Part shown: positions 42,605 to 51,592 of the stretch, piece by piece
Position numbering within the stretch: position 1 is the first letter of the stretch
Layout: each line of letters starts with the position of its first letter
Source: an uncultured virus (IMG/VR IMGVR_UViG_3300027851_001141)
Taxonomy: Duplodnaviria; Heunggongvirae; Uroviricota; Caudoviricetes
Direction: 5' to 3' (one strand)
IMG/VR virus record: IMGVR_UViG_3300027851_001141
DNA length: 64,000 nt
The notes under the pieces: generated by a model
The model's database searches: none
The model's input: the letters and a program-made list of their open reading frames with translations, nothing else
What the model was told of the DNA's origin: nothing
Translations under genes and position numbers: made by a program

Positions 42605-43162
42605 TCAATTTTCCTTTTCTGGCTTCATGTACAACGTCCCATGTTCGCAGAATTGTTGGAGGAAAGGAAGCATGTCCTTGAGCATTCCCCGGTCGATAGA
42701 GAGCACAAGTCCAGGAGCGCAAAATAGAAGTTTTGAATAAGTGGAGTGCAATTCCCACTTTGCTTCTTCGTTCGTAAACTCGTACCACTCCCTGCCCAAC
42801 ATTCTAACACTGGACTTCTTGAACTCAGGAAGAGGCTCCCACACAAACGAGTCCAAGATACCAAGATACCTAACAGAATCTCTTATGGTCGAGTGTGCTC
42901 CCAGCATCACAAACTTTTTGCCCGCCACTTTTGCTCGTCGGGTCATTTGGTGAAAAAAGATCAGCCAGCGAGCTATGACTAGCTCACATTTGGACAGATC
43001 GCACACCACCCTATCGTACGAATCGATGAGTTCAAGCAACTTGCTTTCGTCCTCTTCGTGACATATGTCGTCGACAAACTCAGGACATATGAGGACGGCC
43101 TCAGTATCCTGCCGGTGAATCGTAAAGAGTCCGATTTTTTCCATAGTTGTCTCCAAGTCCAA
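42605..43162 (-). CDS. STAS (anti-sigma-factor antagonist)-like domain protein
   Basis: VVCDLS.C..., F....RAK..G.KFV.LG....IRD.V...GI pattern. Confidence 0.55.
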   Translation of the reverse strand: MDLETTMEKIGLFTIHRQDTEAVLICPEFVDDICHEEDESKLLELIDSYDRVVCDLSKCELVIARWLIFFHQMTRRAKVAGKKFVMLGAHSTIRDSVRYLGILDSFVWEPLPEFKKSSVRMLGREWYEFTNEEAKWELHSTYSKLLFCAPGLVLSIDRGMLKDMLPFLQQFCEHGTLYMKPEKEN

Positions 43163-43175
43163 ATGGCCTATTCAT

Positions 43176-44102
43176 TCAACCGAGGGCACGTTGCACGTTC
43201 GGTAGGACCGATATGTAGGTGTAATCCTCGTACCCGTAGTCAGGATCTCCTGACCTTGCTTTTGACACGCTGATCTTGACGAACTCTCCTGCTATTTCTT
43301 CGATAATCTTCTTGACCATCCAGGGATCGTAATATTGGAACGGGTTTGAGTCATACCCCTGAACCCACGGAAAAGCTAGGTAGATACCGCCTTGTCTTTC
43401 TGTCGACATTTCTAGCTGCTTCGGAAGCCACTCGGACAGCTTTTCTCGGAGGTACTTCTCGTCCGCTTTTCTTTTGGCTTCGGCTATTCTATCAGCCTCC
43501 AGTTTAGCGGCGCTCTCCTGCCTTTTCTTTTCTTCCAACCTTTCTGCGCCACGTCTAATTGCACTTTTGATCGGATTGTCCGGACTCGTCTGCTGCATAA
43601 TCTTGATTGTTATTTCCTTATGGATTTCATCCATCTCACGGCGGAGATAGCACTCCAGAGGAACTAACATGTCAGTCTGTCGCATGGCTTCCAGAAGAAC
43701 ACAGAAAATAGTTTCCCAACAACAAGCAACTCCACGAGCAGTTAGGAACTCGCTGACAGTATCACGAACTTTTCTGCATGTGCCGTCTTCTTCGATTTCT
43801 GAGATCAGTTCTTTGGTGATATCGAACCTGAACTCTTTTGCTGGCAAATCAGGTTCGGCACTGGCGAGTAACTCTTGGAGGAACTCTTGGTCGACGATTT
43901 CCCGTACATCCCTGGCGACGGCAGCCTCAAGTGCCCCAAGAGGGGAAAAGAAGTCACTCTCCTTGTACTTGGGTGCTACTTTCTTGGGCACGTCACCCTG
44001 CTCTTGCAGGTATGCTACAAAATCCTTTTCCAAGTTTCGATCTCGAATGAACTGTATTGTCTGCTCAAGCATGTCCGTCTTCTCCTGCGTAATTCTGCTC
44101 AT
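43176..44102 (-). CDS. Hypothetical protein, NPF-YD family member
   Basis: WLPKQL...NPFQYYDPW; the AACCC motif at 44113-44127 places the start at or below 44102. Confidence 0.6.
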   Translation of the reverse strand: MSRITQEKTDMLEQTIQFIRDRNLEKDFVAYLQEQGDVPKKVAPKYKESDFFSPLGALEAAVARDVREIVDQEFLQELLASAEPDLPAKEFRFDITKELISEIEEDGTCRKVRDTVSEFLTARGVACCWETIFCVLLEAMRQTDMLVPLECYLRREMDEIHKEITIKIMQQTSPDNPIKSAIRRGAERLEEKKRQESAAKLEADRIAEAKRKADEKYLREKLSEWLPKQLEMSTERQGGIYLAFPWVQGYDSNPFQYYDPWMVKKIIEEIAGEFVKISVSKARSGDPDYGYEDYTYISVLPNVQRALG

Positions 44103-44182
44103 GTTCGTTCCCAGTATGTCCAGGGTTCCACTTCTCCAAGTGGTAATACCAACTACCAGTATCGCACACTGTCGCACCTACT

Positions 44183-44265
44183 CAGTTATCCGAGTATCCA
44201 GTTATCCAGTTATCCAAGTATCCTCGGTTACCGGGTGCCCGGAAAATCCAAAGGATTTTCCGGGC
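44183..44265. repeat. 8-bp tandem repeats (AGTTATCC-like) plus 13-bp-arm palindrome; copy of 50068-50164
   Basis: 39-bp identity GTTACCGGGTGCCCGGAAAATCCAAAGGATTTTCCGGGC at 44227-44265 and 50124-50162. Confidence 0.9.
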
Positions 44266-44352
44266 CTGAAAAACCCTGGACGTACTTCTGCACCTCTAGA
44301 AATACATGACCACTGTCGTCATAGGTGAGAAGTACGACTGGCTTGGTGGGAG

Positions 44353-44835
44353 TCACTTCGCGCCTGAGGAAAGAGAGTCTCTCTTCTTCTGTTCTTCGAT
44401 CATGACTTTTACGTCAAAAGGAAGTCTAGTAAGAGAACCAAGCGTGTCCTCCGTCATCGTGCTGTATCCAGCGATACGTATTCGTTCTTTGATTTGATAG
44501 ATGGGCATTTTAGTAGCGCACATAAAGCGACAGCACCACAAAAGAGCCCCCGCGTCTTGCAGGAATTTTACCACATACTTGTATGCGTTGTCATGGTCGC
44601 ACTCGATGTATGCGGTTTCTTCTACTTCTTCCCAGTCTTCAGCGCACAGGGCGTCCATCTTGATCTTATACGGATGCTGCTGGTCCACCCCGTCAGACTC
44701 CATAAGAGTCTGGCCATCGTGATACAGGGTGAGATACACTTCGGCAGGCCAAGATATACGTCGAATCTTAGATCCTGACTTGAGCTTTTTTAGGGCGGCT
44801 TCGATTTTCATGTCTGATCCATCAGTAGAATTCAA
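44353..44835 (-). CDS. DUF2829/Tad2-like protein (paralog of 40073-40531)
   Basis: MKIEAALKKL..G.KIRR..W..AEDWEEVEET..LWCCR.MCATKM shared. Confidence 0.65.
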   Translation of the reverse strand: MNSTDGSDMKIEAALKKLKSGSKIRRISWPAEVYLTLYHDGQTLMESDGVDQQHPYKIKMDALCAEDWEEVEETAYIECDHDNAYKYVVKFLQDAGALLWCCRFMCATKMPIYQIKERIRIAGYSTMTEDTLGSLTRLPFDVKVMIEEQKKRDSLSSGAK

Positions 44836-45214
44836 CTGTCAAATCTTTTTTACCTGAAAAGGTGACTGTCGTACCCTGTCCTACTATCTCCAGATAAGAT
44901 GTACCTCCTGAAGACTTCCTAGTCGGACTTATGTACATTGTGCACGCATACTCAACAGAAAAAGAAAGAGATGCGAGAGGACTCACGAACACCTCCTTGC
45001 CTCCGCAGGAAACTTTCCATTCTCCTCTACGAGACCTAATTTCTATCTCGGTTCCAACCGGAAAAGAGGTGCTTGAGTCAGTTCTCATCGGAGGAGATAG
45101 ACCCATAAGGTCTGCTTGCTTTTGGCTAAAGCAATGGCATGACCTATTCGTGCACTCCACCGAGAATCCGGAGTCGTATGCTCCGGCCTGGCCACAGTAA
45201 CGACAAGCAGTCAC
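44822..45214 (-). CDS. Hypothetical protein with N-terminal Zn ribbon (paralog of 32086-32709)
   Basis: CRYCGQAGAYDSGFSVECTNRSC. Confidence 0.55.
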   Translation of the reverse strand: MTACRYCGQAGAYDSGFSVECTNRSCHCFSQKQADLMGLSPPMRTDSSTSFPVGTEIEIRSRRGEWKVSCGGKEVFVSPLASLSFSVEYACTMYISPTRKSSGGTSYLEIVGQGTTVTFSGKKDLTVEFY

Positions 45215-45927
45215 GGTTTGCTCCCGTACGCCAGATTGAAACGTTCCACGGCACGCTGAACTACGTCTCTTACAGAAATGGTCACGGGTACGAACTTGGT
45301 TTCTTCTTCTCCGCCTTCCCAAACAGTGAACCACCCTATCTTCTGCATCTCTTCTTGGGCGCGCTGCAGAGAGTAGTGAAACTTGGAACGAAGTATCCCA
45401 TCAAATCCTGACTCGTCCTGTGGCCCCAGACAGTTGATGAAAACCGAAATTTGGTATACCCAGTCACCCTTCTCCACCTCAAACTCATCTTGATGTGTTT
45501 TGGTATAGGGGGCCACGCTTACAACGGCAGAGATCTCGTAATTTCCTACTACGAGATTGTCTACGTCGTTGCTCCTGTCTAGATCTGGCATCTATACACT
45601 CCTTAGTCCAAACTTAAATACGTATATCCTGGATTCGGCCCGACGGAAAAATAAATTCCTGTCAGCTGGGAATAGAAAAAGAAAACCGAGTCTCCAGGGC
45701 GTAGTACTCGACAACGCCGCCCGAGTCGATCCACTCATGAATGTGCGGAACTAGAATACTCCAGGGAGATGCTCGGTTCTTGGTATCCCATGAATACTGA
45801 AAACGTGGCAACCCGTCCGTATCTTCCTTGGACCCGAAGAGACGGTCGCACGTTTCGTGAGTGAGACGAATGGGAAGTTGGACTACTTCGGCCTTGGCTG
45901 GTTTCTTTTTATTGGAAGCTTTTAGCG

Positions 45928-46860
45928 TCATAGTGTCATTCCCAAGGCGTCGAGCTTGTTCTTCAACAAAGCATTCACCTTATCGTCATCTTCGTCTTTT
46001 ACTGGGACGTTCTCGAAGATGGATGTCCATCGCAGGGCATAGTCATCGATTCCGCACAATCCCAGGTTGTCGATGATGTTCTCACAGATCTTTCCAAGGA
46101 GAAATGGAAATTCGGAATCTCTGTTGTCGTACGTGTACTTCATCTGAAGATCAACCTTTATGATTTCCTGTAGGTTCTTTTCGGCCAGTCCAGCAAGATA
46201 CCACAGGCGTGCTCTCTTCAGAAATTTCTGTTCGTCCAAGCCTTTTTGGAACATCTGGATGACAAGGCTGCCATCGTCTGCGTCGGGAAGGTAACTGCCA
46301 CCCAGGTAGTCATCGAATTGATAACCTTCTTGCCAGAGGTACTCGATGATTTCTCCTGTGAAGAGAACAGGGTGATAGGAGTCCTTACACGTGCCTGCTG
46401 GGTCGATGAACGGAACAGCCAAGTGTTCCTTTCGAATTCTTGACATTTCTTCCGACCAGGAAGTTACGAGTCCACTCAAGTAATTGCCAACCCTAGGTCC
46501 GCTAAAGTAGATCGCTCCCTCAGTAATCCAGACTTCTGTGCCTTTGTGCAGATACTTAGCGGTGTAGGACTTTTCACCACCTTCTGGTTGGTCGTACAGA
46601 ACTTCCCAACCGCCCAGGTTCATCTTAAACCCTTCCGAATTCACGAAGTGCACGCAGAGTGAGGGTCCTAGTTCTGAGAGTTGAAGTTCCTTACCTTTGA
46701 AATTGGAGACAAGAGTGTTCCACATCATTTGGGCTTCAGTACTATTCATAGGAAGAAAGATTTTAGTTCCGTTTATGGGCGTAACCGTCCCTGCTGTCCA
46801 CAGACTCGGCTTGACAAGAAGAGGCATGGTCATTCCACCCCTGTAAGAAGCGGAGTCCAT
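45928..46860 (-). CDS. Hypothetical protein (tandem paralog of 46830-47618)
   Basis: EYLWQEGYQF.DYL, WYLA.LAE.NL, DSEF..LG..C.N..DNL shared. Confidence 0.65.
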   Translation of the reverse strand: MDSASYRGGMTMPLLVKPSLWTAGTVTPINGTKIFLPMNSTEAQMMWNTLVSNFKGKELQLSELGPSLCVHFVNSEGFKMNLGGWEVLYDQPEGGEKSYTAKYLHKGTEVWITEGAIYFSGPRVGNYLSGLVTSWSEEMSRIRKEHLAVPFIDPAGTCKDSYHPVLFTGEIIEYLWQEGYQFDDYLGGSYLPDADDGSLVIQMFQKGLDEQKFLKRARLWYLAGLAEKNLQEIIKVDLQMKYTYDNRDSEFPFLLGKICENIIDNLGLCGIDDYALRWTSIFENVPVKDEDDDKVNALLKNKLDALGMTL

Positions 46861-47618
46861 TCCAGAGCAACCTTCTCCACTTCGTCGTTATCGCTCCATT
46901 CCAGAGCAACCTTCTCTACCTTGGGCTCAAGCAGCAACAGGTTGTCCATCACGTTTCTGCAGAACGTGCCAAGGAATTTAGCAAACTCTGAATCTGGTTT
47001 GTGCTGACGACACCTTCGGCGCAGAACCTCATCAGCTTCTGCTACCTCAAGCAAGTTATGTTCAGCCAAGCGAGCCAGGTACCACGTACGTAATTGGTCC
47101 AGAACGGCTTCTTCGTTTCCTTTTTCCTTCATGTAGTGGAGTACCGCAGCTCCCTTGCACTCAGCATACGAGTCAGATTTGAATCTCCCAGGAAGGTAGT
47201 CCTCAAACTGGTACCCTTCCTGCCAAAGGTACTCTAGCATTCCTCCAGTGAGATAGATAGTACCGTCGGCTGTGTGGACGTACCCCTTTTGAATCTCTAG
47301 AGACGAAAAATCGCTAGCAAGTTGCCCCCAGCGGTACACCACATCTTTCCACGCCGTGGCTCTTTCTTGCGTTCCATAGAAGGTCAGAGTTCCATCCTTG
47401 AACACCGCCTGCGCCTCCCTGTGAAGGTACCTGCTTTTGTAGTCTTCCAGTCTACCGTCTACATTTTGGCGATACTCTATGTACCACCCGTGCAGGCACG
47501 CACCCAGCTTGGTTTGGGAGTTGTCGGTTTGGGAGTTGTAGTGAACTCCGTAATGATCCCTCAATTGTGAGACTATCCTGCGGGCATCCATAATGGACAA
47601 CGGAAGTCCAATCTGCAT
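46830..47618 (-). CDS. Hypothetical protein (tandem paralog of 45928-46860)
   Basis: Same shared motifs; C-terminal VEKVALEW duplicated. Confidence 0.65.
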   Translation of the reverse strand: MQIGLPLSIMDARRIVSQLRDHYGVHYNSQTDNSQTKLGACLHGWYIEYRQNVDGRLEDYKSRYLHREAQAVFKDGTLTFYGTQERATAWKDVVYRWGQLASDFSSLEIQKGYVHTADGTIYLTGGMLEYLWQEGYQFEDYLPGRFKSDSYAECKGAAVLHYMKEKGNEEAVLDQLRTWYLARLAEHNLLEVAEADEVLRRRCRQHKPDSEFAKFLGTFCRNVMDNLLLLEPKVEKVALEWSDNDEVEKVALEWTPLLTGVE

Positions 47619-48667
47619 AGCGGTTTCTCCTTGGAATCAAAATTCCTCGGGTACCAATGAAACCCACCTAAGAGCCAGGTGTTCCAGTTCATCTTCTGGG
47701 TTATCGAGCTTGTTGTCGATAAATACTCTTGCACATCTTCCTCAAAAGAAGGTCCTGCTAGTACCTCTTTTTAACCCCATACCCCTGTTTTAGAAGCAAA
47801 CTGGAAAGGGGTAATCCGGTACTTCACTCCTTGAGAAGTTCTTGGAGTGAGGTAACGGCCTGGCGTAACCCATGCGCGGTTCCTCCGAAAAATTCAGCCA
47901 TACTGTACATGTTACGACTTCGGTCGGGAACAACGAACGGACTCGGAGTTCGGGGAGGGTCTTCAAAGGAGGACTTGATGGCCTCTTCGTTCCAGGCCTT
48001 CTCTGCCTCCGCGCATATTCGCTGAGATTCCTCCATGTATCCCTTGCACCGTTTTTCAGCATTGTCTGCTTCCTCCAGAAATATCTGAAGTAGGTGCTCC
48101 AGTTTGGATCGACTTACGTCTTTCACCACCACCCTGCTTCCTGACCCATCTTGTAGAGTCCAAAGGAAACCAAGGCCGAGCCACTCAGAATGAGTAGAGC
48201 AGAAACAAAGACCACCCAAAGTGCAGCAACTCCCATGTTACCGCCCCACGTGATCTTGTGAATGAACTTGTCGTAAAATGACTTCATTGAAATCTCCTTC
48301 AGAGTGGTATTACCAGTATCTTACACTGTCTCACACTAGGTGGTCGTCCCTTTTGCCTTCATACTTTTCTTTTAGGCGGAGGTACTCAGCTCGTTCGCGA
48401 GCTGCAGCTTTGGCAGTATTCTGTTGAATCTCTTCCTCTGCCTTCTGACGGGCCTTTTCGCAAGCCCGATCCTTGATGGCAGTGACGTCAATGGATTCAG
48501 TCAGCGCATACACCTCACAAAAGGCACCCTTGTAGTCGTGATAGCGGGTCCAATAGTTATCGACCTCCCACTCGACGCCGCACATGGTCTCGCACAGCGA
48601 GACATACTCATCGAGCGAGCTGTAACCGTTATCCACCCTCATTTCAACTAGGTATCTCATTCTGTCC

Positions 48668-49036
48668 TCACAGATCCATCTTGGCTACGGCAAGAGCAAG
48701 CTTCCATCCGCGATCGGTAGGTTCAAACCGTGCGATAGGAGACCGAAACTTATCACTTACGGTGAAATGAGGGTCCACCACCTTCTGCAAGATGAGATTG
48801 CTGATGGTCAGGTTCGAATAGACCATGATCTTTCGCCCCTCGTAATTGGTGCAATCTAAATATTTCACTTCGACAACAAGGTGTCTTCCCACTTGCTGCG
48901 ACCTCAGAATCTCATAATTCAACGGGTCTGGATTACCCGGCGGGGAAACCCCCTGTGATGGTACGGTGATCGGCGGAGGAGATACGCTCTCCCCGTAGTA
49001 GTACTCCTCTTCACGACGAAATGGTCCGATTCCCAT
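48668..49036 (-). CDS. Conserved phage hypothetical protein
   Basis: NPDP.NY..., Y.DCTNYEG.KI.VY, DPHF, PIARF.PT..GW. Confidence 0.6.
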   Translation of the reverse strand: MGIGPFRREEEYYYGESVSPPPITVPSQGVSPPGNPDPLNYEILRSQQVGRHLVVEVKYLDCTNYEGRKIMVYSNLTISNLILQKVVDPHFTVSDKFRSPIARFEPTDRGWKLALAVAKMDL

Positions 49037-49066
49037 AAGTCCTCCTATTCAATAAAGCACCGAGGC

Positions 49067-49837
49067 TCACACCTCAGGCCACTCTTTTTTAGCGACAATG
49101 CCTAGCTTCTGTGCTCTGTCTTCGTACTTACTTTGAAGTACAGGTCCTAGCTCTTCCCACGTAAGTCGTTTCGAATCGAAGCTAGAATCCGGAAACTCTC
49201 CTACTTCACTCTCGTACAAACGTTGCCCACCTGTCTTACGCACCTTGGTCTCCAGAGCTTCATCAATGCCCTCCCTCAGAGCCAAGACCATATCCATTTG
49301 CATCCAGAGAACGAAATTTAGCATCTCCACAGAATGGGCACCGGAGTATTCGTACAAGAATAATCCTAGGACGTCCGTGTCTTCCTTTAGTACGAAGGTC
49401 TTTTTATTGATGACTCCAGAAGGAAAAGCTGCAAGAACTTTCTCAAAGCCTTTCTTAACTCTTTTCTCCGTCACTGCGTTTTCTTCTTTCTCGGGTGTGT
49501 GAATACACGGCACCGTGAAGGGAGAGGTATCTTGAAAGGCCTTAGTCTTGCCTTTCCACTTAGCTACTTCGATCACAGCTTCGTGCATCGCCTCCACAAG
49601 TTTCTCTTCACTCTCTTGAGTAGATCCTACGACCCGATGAAGTGTAGGACATGCTACCGACCCGTTGGGGTACGCGATGACTGAGCGGTCAGGGTTCAGC
49701 TTTTCCTTGAAATACAGAACCATAATGTCAGAGGCCTCTAAATGAGAGTGAAGTGGAGATTCACGAACCCACCCGTAGCTCTGCGGTGCGGGCACTCTCT
49801 GAGTAATTCGCTTCAACATTTCGTCGTCGATTTTCAT
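49067..49837 (-). CDS. Hypothetical protein
   Basis: 256 aa; AGGAG RBS and AACCC motif upstream. Confidence 0.65.
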   Translation of the reverse strand: MKIDDEMLKRITQRVPAPQSYGWVRESPLHSHLEASDIMVLYFKEKLNPDRSVIAYPNGSVACPTLHRVVGSTQESEEKLVEAMHEAVIEVAKWKGKTKAFQDTSPFTVPCIHTPEKEENAVTEKRVKKGFEKVLAAFPSGVINKKTFVLKEDTDVLGLFLYEYSGAHSVEMLNFVLWMQMDMVLALREGIDEALETKVRKTGGQRLYESEVGEFPDSSFDSKRLTWEELGPVLQSKYEDRAQKLGIVAKKEWPEV

Positions 49838-50067
49838 GCTGCTCCTTTTCCTGCACTATGTTCAGGGTTGAAACTTACTCAAAAGGTCACGCGCGGAAAA
49901 TACTTCCCAGAAAAAGGTTTAGGTCAGGAAATTCACCTACCCCCATTTTAAACCCCATACCCCTTCTCAGATTCTAAACTGGGAAAGGGTAATCCGGTAC
50001 CCCAAGTTCAGAAATGGAATTGGTATTACCAGTGTACGACATACACCTACCAACTTCCTAAGGTTCT

Positions 50068-50334
50068 CAGTTATCCAGTTCTCTAAGTTATCAGTTATCA
50101 AGTTACCATTTTCAAGTTTCCAAGTTACCGGGTGCCCGGAAAATCCAAAGGATTTTCCGGGCACATTTTAGGCCCGGAGGGTTTTTCACTGGATTTTTCT
50201 TTTAGAAAAATCCGAGATTTTCCACCGGGGAAAATCTCCCAGCAAAATATTTCCCGGAGAAATATTTTGGAGAGGGGGCCGTTGGCTTATTTTTCCGGGC
50301 CCGTATTTCCCTCCGGGGAAATACCTACCGGGTA
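50068..50334. repeat. Array of short direct repeats and five related palindromes at the GC boundary
   Basis: Inverted repeats at 50132-50164, 50191-50213, 50214-50238, 50243-50269, 50303-50324. Confidence 0.9.
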
Positions 50335-50354
50335 AATGTCAGGCCCTTAACGAA

Positions 50355-50385
50355 GAAAAGCCCCCCGGTTTCCGGGGGGCTTTTC
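50355..50385 (-). terminator. Intrinsic terminator (bidirectional-type)
   Basis: GAAAAGCCCCCCGG-TTT-CCGGGGGGCTTTTC. Confidence 0.85.
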
Positions 50386-50394
50386 GCTTGGTTT

Positions 50395-50847
50395 TCAGCC
50401 GAAGCTGAAAAGTGCTTCGAGTTCGGCGTCGATCTCGGAGCGCGTGGCGACCGTCGGAGCCGGAGCGGGGGCCGGGGTCGGCTTGGCCTTGGGAGCGGGC
50501 GCCGACTTGGGAGCCGGAGCGGCCGGGGCGCCGAGGTCCAGATCCAGATCGAACGAATCCAGATCCAGCGCCGGAGCGGGAGCGGGAGCGGGAGCGGAGG
50601 GTGCGGGTGCGTTCTTCGTCGGGCAGGTCCGGGCGTTGTGGCCCTCCTCCCCGCAAATGCTGCACTTGTACTTGCGCTCGCCCTCCGCCTCGACGGCCGG
50701 AGCGGGAGCCGGAGTCGAGGCCACCTTGGCGGGTTGCGTGACCGGCTTGGCCCCCTGGAACGCGGCCAGCGGGATCACCGCGTAACCGTTCTCCGCCAGA
50801 AGGTGAACCAACTTGCCGAACTGCTCTGCCGAAATCTTCATGATCAT
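50395..50847 (-). CDS. CCHC zinc-knuckle protein with Pro/Ala-rich linkers
   Basis: CSICGEEGHNARTC (CX2CX4HX4C); PAPAPA tracts; own promoter motif and terminator. Confidence 0.75.
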   Translation of the reverse strand: MIMKISAEQFGKLVHLLAENGYAVIPLAAFQGAKPVTQPAKVASTPAPAPAVEAEGERKYKCSICGEEGHNARTCPTKNAPAPSAPAPAPAPALDLDSFDLDLDLGAPAAPAPKSAPAPKAKPTPAPAPAPTVATRSEIDAELEALFSFG

Positions 50848-50902
50848 GATTCCTTTCTTGGCGAGGCGTCCCTCGCCTCTCGGATTCTACTATGGCCAGG
50901 GT

Positions 50903-51457
50903 TCAGGCGGTGGCCAGGACTCGCGAAAGGGTGGACGGCGGGAGAATGCGGGCGAGAACGTCACGAGTCAGAACGTCCCCGGCCTCGACAATCTTGCGAG
51001 CCCGGACCGGACCGACACCGGGCAGCTTTTGAAGTTGGCCGATCGAAGCACTGGCCAGGTTTTCGAGCGCCATCGACTCCCGCTTTTCAGCGTACCGATC
51101 CCAAACCGCACGAGACTTGCTCGGCGCCGATCGGGCGACCACGAGAAGCGGGGAAACCTCCCACGACGGACGATAGAAGGGAAGCGAGGCGAATGCCTCG
51201 AAACGGGAAACCTGGGCAGCCTGGCGAGCCTTTTCGGCCCGCTGACGCGCACGCTCTTGAAGCTCCGCGCGAGCTTCTTCGATGGCCACGATCTCTTCGA
51301 TGTCCAGATCGTCGTAGTCGACAGCCCGGAACACCGGGAACAGGAACGAGGAAAGCTCCGCCGAGTAAAGGCAGGCGATCGAAACCGCACAGCAGACGAT
51401 GACCATCGCCCAGCCGAAACCGTCCAGAAGAATCGCGAGAGTGTCGATCGTTTCCAT
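50903..51457 (-). CDS. Membrane-anchored helix-hairpin-helix (ComEA-like) DNA-binding protein
   Basis: N-terminal hydrophobic helix, coiled coil, C-terminal ASIGQLQKLPGVGPVRARKIV. Confidence 0.7.
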   Translation of the reverse strand: METIDTLAILLDGFGWAMVIVCCAVSIACLYSAELSSFLFPVFRAVDYDDLDIEEIVAIEEARAELQERARQRAEKARQAAQVSRFEAFASLPFYRPSWEVSPLLVVARSAPSKSRAVWDRYAEKRESMALENLASASIGQLQKLPGVGPVRARKIVEAGDVLTRDVLARILPPSTLSRVLATA

Positions 51458-51558
51458 GGCGCCCACTTCTTTCTGGCCAGTCACACCGGCCAAGGTTTGA
51501 ATCTGCCGACTAATATGGCCAGGGTCGGAACGCAGAAGCCTAGGAACGAGTTAAACGG

Positions 51559-51592
51559 GAAAAGGGCCCCCGGTTTCCCAGGGGCCCTTTTC
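51559..51592 (-). terminator. Intrinsic terminator
   Basis: GAAAAGGGCCCC-loop-GGGGCCCTTTTC. Confidence 0.8.

Larger units (their letters stand above)
24084..49869 (-). promoter_or_regulatory. Five further AACCC-N4-CATA(G/C)T motifs in the lower-GC region
   Basis: 24084-24098, 39675-39689, 41919-41933, 44113-44127, 49855-49869; each is upstream of a minus-strand gene. Confidence 0.75.

Noticed and set aside
46856..46918. Short duplication (VEKVALEW twice) as a DGR or other diversity system
   Set aside because: It is a simple 22-bp in-frame duplication, with no reverse transcriptase and no adenine-specific variation.
50300..50400. Chimeric assembly at the GC shift
   Set aside because: The same promoter motif and palindromes occur on both sides, so a chimera is disfavoured; read-level confirmation is still needed.
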